Source of the DNA: Paraspadella gotoi
Lineage: Eukaryota > Animalia > Chaetognatha
Assembly (NCBI GenBank): GCA_051294375.1
Contig: CM119265.1
Location: 27,845,435 to 27,897,120 of the forward strand
Reading direction: 5' to 3'
DNA: 51,686 nucleotides
Both the position numbers and the translations under genes were made by a program. Below are positions 26,172 to 38,300 of the stretch, piece by piece (positions within the stretch are counted from its first letter, which is position 1; each line of letters starts with the position of its first letter). The notes beneath the pieces are model-generated. The model saw nothing but the letters and a program-made list of their open reading frames with translations. It did no database searches and was not told the origin of the DNA.

Positions 26172-26216
26172 TGGTGGCAGCGGTGAGATTCGAACCAACG
26201 CCTCCGAAGAGACTGG
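26172..26216 (-). pseudogene. 3' half of tRNA-Leu (AAG/TAG type) with encoded CCA (extended PBS-like)
   Basis: Reverse complement CCAGTCTCTTCGGAGGCGTTGGTTCGAATCTCACCGCTGCCACCA closely matches the animal tRNA-Leu 3' half CCAGTCTCTTCGGAGGCGTGGGTTCGAATCCCACCGCTGCCA plus CCA. Noisy mirror at ~39685-39720. Confidence 0.85.
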
Positions 26217-27042
26217 TGAAAGTTCATTGGAGAAAAAGTTCTTCATTGCATCGCTTGACCCGATTCATCTCTTGTTGGAATCTTTGGAAACTCTGCTTCA
26301 TGCTTTCGACAATCGGTCTGGCCACGACTGCCGGCTCAGCTCGAAGTCTTAAAGAGTCGTTATGGGTTAATGTCTTGGGAATCGTACAGGGCTTCGTGGG
26401 TAACTTAATCGAGTCAAGTCAAAAACTTAAATGTAATCAGAGATCAAGCCGATGGAATCAAAACTATGATTTGTGATATTTAAAAAATCACTTTTCCACC
26501 GCAGACAGACGAGATTCATTCGTCTCGGTTCATCACAGATCTTGAGCGACCTTACCTGGGTAGGGGATAAACTGGCAAGGGTAAGGGAAAAAACTCACCT
26601 GGGTAAGGGATAAACTNNNNNNNNNNNNNNNNNNNNNNNNNNNNNNNNNNNNNNNNNNNNNNNNNNNNNNNNNNNNNNNNNNNNNNNNNNNNNNNNNNNN
26701 NNNNNNNNNNNNNNNNNNNNNNNNNNNNNNNNNNNNNNNNNNNNNNNNNNNNNNNNNNNNNNNNNNNNNNNNNNNNNNNNNNNNNNNNNNNNNNNNNNNN
26801 NNNNNNNNNNNNNNNNNNNNNNNNNNNNNNNNNNNNNNNNNNNNNNNNNNAAAAAAATTATATTTGAGATATAAAAAAGAACAGATTCATGGACTAACTA
26901 AATCGTGTTAATTTTAAATATTTTTTTAACTATGGAATTATAAATTAAAAATTTATAAGAAAAAGTCTCTGAAGTCTGATGCTCTTTTTTAAATTATTTA
27001 TAATTCCCTTTCTTTAATTTCACTCTCACGCTAACGTATTCC

Positions 27043-27128
27043 TTAAAAGTCCAATTTCCATCTCCTTCCCAGTTAAAATTCAAATTCCCATCTCCTTCCC
27101 AGTTAAAAGTCCAATTCCCATCTCCTTC
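27043..27128. repeat. 30-bp tandem repeat, about 3 copies
   Basis: Unit TTAAAAGTCCAATTCCCATCTCCTTCCCAG. Confidence 0.85.
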
Positions 27129-28356
27129 TCCGCCCTTACACTCAACCCACCACAACCCCAACCAATCCGCCCCCCCTCTAAAAAAAGGTAAGTTCCCGAT
27201 TTCCATTCTTCTCTCGCGTTTCTTCGTCGCGTCACTTAAATCGCGTTGATCGACCCAAAGACATGGGGTTGGTAAGTTACGGTCGAAGGGTTGGAAGGGG
27301 GTAAGGTTCGGCGGGCTAGATGTCGCATCGAGAACGAAAGTCGAAAAAAAAGTAAGGAAAATAGTGGGGGGGGAACGAGAGAAAGAGAGATGGAGGTTTT
27401 TTCACTCGAGAACAATTACGAGGTGAGTTATATTTCTCAGAAAAGATTTGTGCAACGACGTGAGGCGAAGGATTGTGGGCGCGAGATTGGTAACTCACTT
27501 TTTTCAGTTGGGGCCGGAAAAAAAAAACAATTTCGTAATCGTAGAGAGAAAAAAAGAATAAACTGAACTTTGGAAACTTTTCTTTAAAATATGATCAAAG
27601 ATTCAAAATATGTTGAATTATGAAAAAAAAGAAAAGAAAGTTCTGCGGGTTTCATATATGACTTGTATGATAAGAATCGGGTGTTTAACTTTCTTTGTCG
27701 CAAGCATTTCCAGATGATCACTCAACTGCATCGCCTTATTCCCAGAGTTTTGAGAATTTAAGAGAGATAGGCAGACCGACCGACCGAAAAGTAACTTATT
27801 AAGCTGCTTCGCGAGCATTTGCGACTTAACTAAAAAGGGGATATAACAACAGAAGACGAAACTGCAACCAGAAATGGAAACTGAAGTTTTATTAGAGATT
27901 CAGCTTTTTTTGCTGAATCGAAAAGATACTTTTTTCTGTCGGCCTTGACTTGGACGGTAGGAAAAGATGGGAAGAAAGGATGGAGAAAATGCTGGAGAAG
28001 TGATGTAGGAATAGGAAACTATGGACCAACTACCAAGAAAAAAGATTCTTAAATATAGTGAAATATAGTATAAAGGCTATTCGATAATGATAAAGAGAAA
28101 GAAGAGTACGAGACAACAACGACAGTGCACCTTGCTCAACTGGTGCCAATTCTTAAATCCCGTGACTATTTTCACATCCCTTCTTTTCACATCCCTTCTT
28201 TTCGCAAATCTTGTTCCGTGAAAAAGCTCAACTTCTTATTAAGACCATGAAAATAAAGTAAAGATTGTTTGGTATCTTAACGATTTCCTTCCTCTTTGTT
28301 CAGCTCCGCCATTTTCACTCCTCTTCACTTCCACTCCTACTGCCTTGTCCGCTACA

Positions 28357-28428
28357 CTCCATCTCACTCCAGCTCGACTCCATCTCATTCCAGCTCGACT
28401 CCATCTCACTCCAGCTCGACTGCAGCTC
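28357..28428. repeat. 21-bp tandem repeat running into an N gap
   Basis: CTCCATCTCACTCCAGCTCGA, three or more copies. Confidence 0.85.
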
Positions 28429-28675
28429 NNNNNNNNNNNNNNNNNNNNNNNNNNNNNNNNNNNNNNNNNNNNNNNNNNNNNNNNNNNNNNNNNNNNNNNN
28501 NNNNNNNNNNNNNNNNNNNNNNNNNNNNNNNNNNNNNNNNNNNNNNNNNNNNNNNNNNNNNNNNNNNNNNNNNNNNNNNNNNNNNNNNNNNNNNNNNNNN
28601 NNNNNNNNNNNNNNNNNNNNTTTTTTTTCGGATTTCGATTCCGGAAACCAAAGTCTCGACTTCCGACGTCGTCAA

Positions 28676-29605
28676 TCATCGGGAGATTTTACTGGCGAAG
28701 GCGAAGTCGTCGTCGTTGTCGTTGTCGTCGTTGGCGTTATCGTCGTTGTCGTCGTTTTGGTCATCGTTGGCGTTATCGTCGTTGGCATCGTCGTCTTGGT
28801 GGTCGTCGTCATTGTTGTTGGCATCATCGTCGTCATCGTCATTAGCATTGTGATCTTGGTCGTCGTCGTTGTCTTCGTCTTTGTCTTCAGGAGATTTTAG
28901 GGGCAAAGGCAAAGTCTTCGTCATTGCCGTTATTNNNNNNNNNNNNNNNNNNNNNNNNNNNNNNNNNNNNNNNNNNNNNNNNNNNNNNNNNNNNNNNNNN
29001 NNNNNNNNNNNNNNNNNNNNNNNNNNNNNNNNNNNNNNNNNNNNNNNNNNNNNNNNNNNNNNNNNNNNNNNNNNNNNNNNNNNNNNNNNNNNNNNNNNNN
29101 NNNNNNNNNNNNNNNNNNNNNNNNNNNNNNNNNNNNNNNNNNNNNNNNNNNNNNNNNNNNNNNNNNNNNNNNNNNNNNNNNNNNNNNNNNNNNNNNNNNN
29201 NNNNNNNNNNNNNNNNNNNNNNNNNNNNNNNNNNNNNNNNNNNNNNNNNNNNNNNNNNNNNNNNNNNNNNNNNNNNNNNNNNNNNNNNNNNNNNNNNNNN
29301 NNNNNNNNNNNNNNNNNNNNNNNNNNNNNNNNNNNNNNNNNNNNNNNNNNNNNNNNNNNNTTATCGTCGTTGGCATCGTCGTCTTGGTGGTCGTCGTTGT
29401 CGTCGTCGTGATCATCGTCGTTGTCGTCGTTGTCGTCGTCATCATCCTCGTTGTTGTCGTCGTTGTTGTCGTCGTCGTTCTCGATGTCGTAAAGAGAAAG
29501 AGATGATTCCTTTTCTACTCTGAAGTCATCGTTTACGATCGGCGAGGAGTCATTGGGGAAAAATGGTAGAGAAAATGGCACCGGATATGGCAGGGAATAT
29601 GGCAT
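28676..29605 (-). CDS. putative Asp/Asn-rich repeat protein (gapped ORF)
   Basis: The frame is open on both sides of a 426-N gap. P(Y/F)S(L/V/M) tetrapeptides precede D/N-rich tracts using mixed GAC/GAT/AAC/AAT/CAC/CAA codons, interrupted by the spacer TKTLPLPLKSPEDKDED. Confidence 0.35.
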   Translation of the reverse strand: MPYSLPYPVPFSLPFFPNDSSPIVNDDFRVEKESSLSLYDIENDDDNNDDNNEDDDDDNDDNDDDHDDDNDDHQDDDANDDXXXXXXXXXXXXXXXXXXXXXXXXXXXXXXXXXXXXXXXXXXXXXXXXXXXXXXXXXXXXXXXXXXXXXXXXXXXXXXXXXXXXXXXXXXXXXXXXXXXXXXXXXXXXXXXXXXXXXXXXXXXXXXXXXXXXXXXXXXXXXXXITAMTKTLPLPLKSPEDKDEDNDDDQDHNANDDDDDDANNNDDDHQDDDANDDNANDDQNDDNDDNANDDNDNDDDFAFASKISR

Positions 29606-31889
29606 GGAAAAATGGGAGGGAATATGGCAGGGAAAATGGGAGAGAATATGGCACCGAATATGGCAGGAAAAAATGGTATGGAAAAAAAGTAGGGAATATG
29701 GCGGGAAAAATGGAAAATAAATTGTGAGACTAAATTTTTTTTTCTCACCCTATAAAGATAACTAATTTAAGGTCTAAATATTTGAATGAAAAAAGAATAA
29801 TATAATATAATATAATATGATAGGGAAGCCAGGTACTCTGGGAGTGAATAAACGGGACTGTGAGAGAGTCTTGATTGAAAGCTTGCAGGGACCTGCTATG
29901 TAATTATCTTGTAAGAGTGATGGAGGCCTTAAACCACCAAAGCCTGTCCAAAGTCAGGGGCAAGATAGCTTATTTATCAAATGAATGGATAATTTTTATA
30001 TTGGTTGTACCAATTTCATAATTATTTTCCAACTTTATTGTTGATAGAAGGTCGGTCCGTCAGTTTTTAAAGAAAACTAAAAAGATTAAAAGACGAGATT
30101 CCAATGCAGCGCGAGTCGAAGACACGGAATTGCACGGGATAACAAAGTCGCTGCGGTGCAACATAACTTTGAAATTTACCTTCTTGCTTTTTTAATTTTT
30201 TTTTTATTAAAATTTAATGTCTTGTCCTAAAGTATATAGAGAGATATCGAGGAAAATGGAAAATGGAGAAAAAAAAAAGAGTAAAGAGAAGATGAGATGA
30301 AGTTTGTGTTTTTGGAAGGAGAAATGATGATAAGTTTTCGAAACTGACGGTGAGAACCGCGTCAGGAGCAGCGGCGAAGAAGCAAGTTTTGAAAGCGGCT
30401 GCAGCGGCGGCGGCGGCGGCGTCGGCTGCAGCGGCGGCACCGAGCTAAAGATTCTCCTGTCGGTGAAGTCGTTTATCACTTTGATCTTCGAGTTTAGAAA
30501 AAGAAAAAAAAAAAAACGGGAGAGAACGAATCGTAAAAGTCGATTGAGATTTTTATCTTTGTTTGTCATATTTATTGATTAAAATAACTTAATATAATTA
30601 TCAAAATACAAATAATTTTTATCGCGTCTTTTGTCGATGAGGATTAAAATGAAAGGAAAGGAAGATGTAGCGAGGGAAGGAATGTGATGTTGTCAGGAGA
30701 TGTAGTGATGGAGAAAGGATCGGGTAGGGGTGCTATTTCTCTGGGGAACGGGGGTACGAAGTTGGAGGGGGGCGTGGATAATGGAAGTCCCCCCACCTTC
30801 CTTTGCCTTCCGTTTCCCTATCTATAACCTTCCTTTGCATTCTAACCCCTTCCCCCATTCGCCTTTCGCCCCCCCCCCCCTTCGTCTCTTCGGCATTCTC
30901 CTCATTCTTCGCCAATTCTCAAAAAGAAGGCAAAAAATCATGTCGTCCGGTCTTAGACAGAAAAAGACCATCTGGTATTTGTTTTGGGCGGGACTTCCAT
31001 TATCCAACGCCCCCCTCCAACTTCGTTACCCCCGTTCCCCAGAGTAAAAATAGCGACCCCCTACCCGATACCTTTCTCCATGCACTACATTCCTGACAAC
31101 ATCACATTCCTTCCCTCGCTACATTCTTCCTTTCCTTTCATTTAATCCTCTCGACAAAAAGACGACGATAAAAATTATTTGTATTTTTGATAATTATATT
31201 AAGTTATTTTAATCACATAAATGACGACAAACCAAAGATAAAAATCTCCTCTTTACTGATTCGTTCCTTCCCGTTTTTTTTTTCTTTTTTTCTTTTGTCT
31301 AAACTCGAAGATCAAAGTTGATAAACCGAACTTACCGACAGGAGAATCTTTAAAGCTCGGTTGCCGCCGCCCCTGCAGCCGCCCGCGCCGCCGCTGCAGC
31401 CTGGCCGCCTTCTCAAAACTTAGCTTCTTCGCCGCTGCTTCCTTGACGCGGGTCGGTTCTTCACCGTCAGTTTGGCGAAAACTTATCATTCATTTCTCCT
31501 TTCCCAAAAACACAGACTTTCATCTCATCTGTCTCTTTACTCTTTTTTTTTTTTAACTCCATTTGTTCCATTTTTCCTCGATATCTCCTCTATATACTTT
31601 AGGGCCCAAGACATTAAATGTTTAATAAAACAAAATAAATTAAAAAAGCATTAATGAAGGTTAAATTTCTCAAGAAGTTATTTGCGACCGCAGCGACTTT
31701 GTTATCCCGTGCAATTCCGTGATGCTTCGACTCGCGCTTGCAATTGGAATACTCTCTTTTAATCTTTTGTAGTTTTCTGTTAAAAACTGACCGAACCGAC
31801 CGACCGACCTTCTCATCAACAATAAAGTTGGAAAATAATTATTGAAATTGTACAACCAATTATAAAAAAAATCTTATAAAGCATAAAGG

Positions 31890-32150
31890 ATCGAGCCGCT
31901 TGCGATCAGCTAACCAAATATTGATGCGATGGATAACCAAATATTGATGCGATGATGAACCACAATATTGACGCGATGAAACCAATAGATTGACGCGATG
32001 ATAACCAATAATTTGAGCGATGATAACAAAGAATGAGCTTGATGTGGATGATAATGCAAATGATTGATGCGATGATAGTCCATTCATTGATACCAGATGA
32101 ATAGTCATTCATTTGATGCGATGATAGGTATCATTGGACGCGCTGAATCA
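31890..32150. repeat. ~23-bp tandem repeat, about 11 noisy copies
   Basis: Consensus near ATTGATGCGATGATAACCAAT. Confidence 0.8.
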
Positions 32151-35100
32151 TTCATCGTAAAGTAAAACAAGACAAGAATGGCGTTGATGAGTGGAAAGAG
32201 AGAGAAGAGAGAGATGACGAGATTGAGAAGAGAGAGAGTACGCGGAGGGATGAGAGAGCGAGAGAGGATGATAGCAGAGGGAGAGAGGTAGGACAGGCTG
32301 GACGGTTTTATATACCAAGAATTTATCAGAATTTTAGGAAAAAGAGAGAGTCTCTACGAAAATCTCCGGATGTAAATTTGGTGCATTTTGTGGATTTGAG
32401 GAAAAAAAAGCCCGCGGGATATTAAATTGGCCGATAATAAAAGTTTTAGAAGGAAAAAAAAAGAGAGAGAGGAGAGAGAGAGAAGAGGGAAGTGGGAGGA
32501 GATGAAGAGACGAGAGAGAGACGAGAGCAGAAAGAGGAGTGAGAGACGAGAGTCGAGAAACGAAGAGAGAGCGAGAGAGGAGTTTTCCACCAACGAGCGA
32601 TGGTGTAGGGTCCAGCTCTCGTTTAAATATCGGTTTATCCGTCTGCCCTCGCAACGGCGTCGCGTGAAAGTTGGAGTCCTATGTTGATTTTTTTTTATAC
32701 ACGTAAGCGCGTTATGTAGGTCATGTTCCTCCGACATTGTTTACTTGTTGCTCCGCACAAAACGACCACGGAAATATAGGGCTCTAGCAGGTAAAGTTGT
32801 ATTGTTATTTCTGGGATTGTTGGTATTGAGATAAAATAATAAAAATGCGATAATAAAAGTTTTTAGAAGGAAAAAATCCACGGAACATATCTCGGAATAA
32901 TATTGGCCGATAATAAAAGTTTTTAGAAGGAAAAAAAAAGAGAGAGAAAGAGAGAGAAAGAGAGAGGGAGGAGAGAGAGAGAGAGAGGACGAGAGACGAC
33001 GAGAGAGAGAGAGAAAGAGAGATAGATGGAGGAAAAGATTGTTCTTTTTTCTAGGAAGAAACGCAAGACCGAGGTCAAAAATTTAAAGTTTGCGATATTT
33101 AATTACATATTAAATAGTTTATCAAACAATCAAGCATAATTATGTAATATATAAAGAAAAAAAGTTAAAAAATGTATTAAATATAACACTAAAAATATTC
33201 TATAGAATTTAATAATAGTACATAATTATCAGAATAACAAAAATAGTCAATGTTTAATTTGACTATATCTCTCTATCAACTCCTCATTTTAGAAGTATAA
33301 TTTGCCAATAGTGTGGGCAATCCCGGTCCAAGTAGTTGCGAATAATCAAATAAAAACAAATTTTTTTATAATGTGATGTCATGCCAATTATAAAAATTAT
33401 AAAAATTATAAAAATATAAGAATAAATTATAAATATATAAAATTATATAAAAAAAAAATAAATAAATAATAAAAAAAATATTATAAATATATATAATATA
33501 TATATTAATATATAGTATATATTATATATATATGTATACTAATTTGTATTATATATATTATATATATAGTATTATATATATATTATATATATAACGTGAT
33601 ATATGAATAAAATAATAAATATATAAAAATTATGAACTTAAATTATTAAAAAAATCCTAGGTTTCCTATAGTTTAACACATTATAATTTATTAACAGTTT
33701 AGTGTTAATTTCATTTATGCTTGCTATATTTTTTCCTTTTGTTCTTTTTTCATATATTTCTGTTGTTTTTTTGCGTTTTTGACTTTTTTATGTAACGTGT
33801 TTTTCGGTTTATGCTTATATTTTTTGTTTGGGTTCTGTTTTGTGTCTTGGAGTCCATTTAGAACTGTTTGTGTCTTTTGTTTTTTGAGTTTTTTGTTTTT
33901 AAAAATTTGAATGTGAGACGTTCGTGAACGTTATATTTTATAGTTTATGAATTAAGATTCTCATAACATTTTATGTTATGAGTCAATTTAAACGTTAGGT
34001 CTTTTTTTTTTCTGTTGGACATTAATAGTTTAGTGTTACTTGTTTACTGCTTTCTAGTTTTTTACACTGATACTGTTTTTGATATTTGTCAATTACTGTT
34101 GGTGGTGTTATTAATTAAAAAAAAAAAAAAAAAAAAAAATGCAATAATTATTCGGCGAAAGTGCTGATATATTAATAGGGTCACATTAGCTGATTTATAT
34201 GTGTATAATGCATGATTCATTATAATTATTTCTTCACTTTTTTTAAAAATTAAAATAATAATGAGAGGGAGAGAGGAGAGAGAGAGGAGAGAGAGAGGGA
34301 ATGAGAAAAGAAAAACCGAATTCTTTCAAGTTTATATCCTCAGATATAAATTTTGGATTTTGTATTGAAAATAAACAAATCGGCGAAGAAATTAAATAGG
34401 CGATGTGAATAAAAGTTTGTTCGAGGAAGGAAAAAAAATAATCAGGAATTTTTTCAGAAAAAACGGAACGATCGTACAGAGTGAGAGAGACAGAAAGGAA
34501 CAGAAAGAGAGAGAAAGAGCAGACAGAAGAGAAAAAGAGATGACAAAGAGACAGAAAAAAAGAGAAAAGGCTGGAAAGCCAAGTGCTGAGACAGTCACTG
34601 CAGACCTGAACTCGTTTTTTAAGGGTTCAGAAAAAGCAGCAAACTGACAAATAGAGATAAAGAAAAGAATCTATATATAATTTAGAAGAAATAAAAAGGA
34701 AAGGCACCAAAAATATGTTACCAATTTGTGTCTACAATGTGTGGAAATTTTTCCAATTTTGTTCCAACGCAGTTGTAAAGATTAATTTATTAGTCTATGT
34801 ATTAAAATTGAAGTATAGCTTCTCATTAAAAAAAGAGGATGCCTTTTGAGTTCCCCATTGTTTATTAAAACTTTAAAACAATTTTTATTTGAATCTTCAT
34901 CTTCAATTTTATACTGCAATTGATTATGATTAAAGCTTTCTATAAACTAATTTTGGAATTACTAAGAGTACTTTAATCTCATTTGCATATTGCAGTAAAA
35001 ATCATAATGAATTGAAAATTCAAAGCAAAAAATACTTAAACCAAATGTGAATATTGAAAATATCCACCAGACTATTCAAGAGCCGAGAAGCCATATCTAA

Positions 35101-35237
35101 AATTTCTAAACTTACTATGAATCGCCACACTTTGGTAAAATCTTTATCATAAGTTCATAATAATTTTTATTTTAAAAAAACGGTAAGTCACAGCCAAACC
35201 TATAAAAGCGTAGTAGTTTTATATATGAAAAGAGCGT

Positions 35238-35352
35238 GACGGAAACGACGACTGACGACGGACGACGACGACGACGACTACGTCTACAAGAGGAAGCAAC
35301 CCTAAAACAATTATAGAGCCTGACCCGCTTCGCTGGGCCCAGAGGCTCGAAT
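35238..35352 (+). mobile_element. Helentron/HINE (DINE-1-like) terminal structure
   Basis: (GAC)n tract, then TTATAGAG, then hairpin GAGCCTGACCC-GCTTCGC-TGGGCCCAGAGGCTC, then an A/T tract. It coincides with the end of a 3.5-kb insertion. Confidence 0.45.
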
Positions 35353-38300
35353 AATTATCATTCAATTTAATTAAATAAGCTATCTTGGGCCCCTTGACTT
35401 GTGGACCAGGCTTTGGTGCTGGCGTTTTAAGCGCCTCCATCACTCTTCACACAGGATAATTACATAGCAGGTCCCTTGCCAAGCTTTCAATCAAGACTCG
35501 CTCACTATTCCCCGGTTTTATTCGACCTCGGCTCCTATCATATAGATTATATTATATTATCTCTTTACATTCACATATATCTTAGACCTCCTAAGATTAG
35601 ATTATCGTTATATTAGGGTGAGAAAAAAAAATTTAGTTCTCACTAATTTATTGTTCCATTTTTCCGCGCCATCATTCCGCTACTATTTTTCCATACCATT
35701 TTTTCCTGCAAAGTATTCGGTGCCGATATATCCTTCTCTCTCTCATTTCCCATGCCAATATTCCCTCCCATTTTCCATGCCATATTACCGTCTGCCTATA
35801 ATCCGAAGGATGCCATTTCTCTACCAGTTTTCCCCAATACTCCTCGCCGATCGTAACGACGATACTTTCAGGAGTAGGAGAACATGGAATCATCTCTTTC
35901 TCTCTTACGACATCGAGAAAGACGACGACAACAACCGACGACAACAACGAGGATGTATGTATCTACGACTACAGCGACGACACACGACGATGATCACGAC
36001 GACGATCAACGACGGTACACCACCCAAGACTCTACGGAGTGGCCAACCGAGACGATAAACTCCAACGACCGAAATACTTTGACTTTGCCCCTAAATCTTC
36101 TGAAGACAATAGTACGAGACCAACGACGCGGCACGACCAAGAATCACGATGCAATGACGATGACGATCGATCGAGCCAAGACGAAGTGGGATGCCAACAA
36201 CGATGGACGACGTACCACCAAGACGATGGATGCCAACAACCGATAACGCCAAAACGGATGGAAGACTTTGCCTGTTGCCCTTAAAATCTCGCTGAAGACA
36301 AAGACGCGAAGACAACGACCGATCGACCAAGATCACGATGCCAAACGACGTGATGACGATTCGGACTACCAAGACATTGATGCCAACAATGATGGTTGAC
36401 GACGACCACCAAGACGATGATTGCCCGCAACAATAATGGCACAGCAACGAGAGACTTTGCTTGCCCCTATATTAAATTCTCCACAAGATCCAAAGACAAA
36501 AGACAAAATCAACGTTACGACCAAGATCACGATGCCACCGGGATGATGACGACGCTACGAACCAAAAAAGCACGGATGATGCCAAACAAGGATGACGTAC
36601 GACCACCAAGACTGATGATGCCAACAACAAAACGGCAAATGACGAAGGTAGCTTTGCCTCCATTGCCTCTAAATCTCCTGAAGACAAAGACGAAGACAGA
36701 CGACGGACGACCAGATCACAATTGCCTACATACGATGACGACGATCCCGATGCCAACAACAATGACGACCGACCACCAGACGACGATGGCCTAACGACGA
36801 TAACGCCACAACGGAGCGACCAAAACGACGACAACGACGATAACGCCAAACGACGACAACGACAACGACAACGACGTACGACTTCGCCTTACGCCAGTAA
36901 AAATCTCCCGGATTGATTGACGACGGTCGGACGAGTCGAGACTTTTGGATTTCCGGAATCGAAAATCCGGAAAATATAAAAAACCGGAAACGATTCCATT
37001 TTTTTAAAGGGTGAGAGTGGAGCAAGAATACGGATTGGTGGGGAGGAGAAGAGGAGGTAAGGTGGAGTGAAGCAGAGTTTAGGTTTGGGGATGGAAGATG
37101 TGGGAGCAGAGAGGGGTAAGTGAGAATAAAAAAAGAGTGTGAAGGTATTAAAATTGTGAAGTGAGAGGAGAGAGAGAAGTGGAGTCGAGCTGGAAGTCGA
37201 AGCTCGGAGTGAGATGAGTGCGAGCTGGAGATGAGAGGAGGAAGGCGGACTGATGATCGTTGTAGCGGACAACTGGCCGAGTAGATGGAGAGTGCCAAAG
37301 AGGAGTGAAAATTGCGGAGCTGACACAAAGAGGAAGGAAATCGTTAATGTACCAAGACAATCTTTTACTTTATTTTCATGGTCTTAATAAGAAGTTGATG
37401 CTTTTCACGGAACAAGTTTGCGAAAGATAGAGGGATGTGAAAATAGTCACGGGATTTAAGAATTGGCACCAGTTGAGCAAGGTGCCACTGTTCGTTTGTT
37501 GTCTCGTTACTCTTCTTCTCTTTATCATTATCGAATAGGGCGCTGTACGTATATGTTGAAGAATGCGTTGGTGTTTCTTGGTGAGTTGGTCGCATGAGTT
37601 TCCGGGTATTGCTCGACATGCACTTCTGGGCCATGCGATGTGTTTCTCCTCCTTTGCTTCCCATCTTTTTCCTACCGAAAAAAGTATCCTTCTTCGATTC
37701 AGCAAAAAAAGCTGAATCTCTAAAAAAACTTCAGTTTCCAATTTTTGTTTGCAGTTTCGTCCTTCTGTTGTTTTTATCAGCTTAAAGTAAAGTTATCTTT
37801 TCGTCGGTCGGTCTGCCTAAATCTCTCTTAAATTCTTCAAGACGTCTTAAGTTATTGAGATCATTGTGATTAATACTTATAGTTAGTTAATTAGCGATTG
37901 CAGTCGAGTGATCATCTGGAAGATGCTTTGCGACAAAAAGAAAGTTAAACACCCGATTTAACTACTTCAACATTCAACATGGTGTGGGCAGACAGTGATG
38001 GTGTTGAGGAATCTGGTTGAGGTGCATAGTTGGGTGGAAGGAAGAGGAAGTGGGCCAGAGAGTGTCGAGTTTATGGTCTGGGTTTGGGTGAGTGCGTGGC
38101 GTGCGTGCAGTGACGAGAAATGTTTTGGTGGTGTGGTGGGCCGGCGTGGGGAGTGGGGCCCTATACTGGAGGAGAAGAAGTGAGATGAGAGTTGTGGAGC
38201 GCCAAGTCGGTGCGGGTCGGTCTCTAACAATCCTGCGACCTCACGTGTCGTTGCACAAATTCTGTTTGGCTGAAGATATATACTCGATCCTCGTAGATTT

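Noticed and set aside
33380-34140. AT-rich origin-like or organellar insert
   Set aside because: Low-complexity (TA)n and T-rich DNA with no recognisable genes; may be low-quality read sequence.
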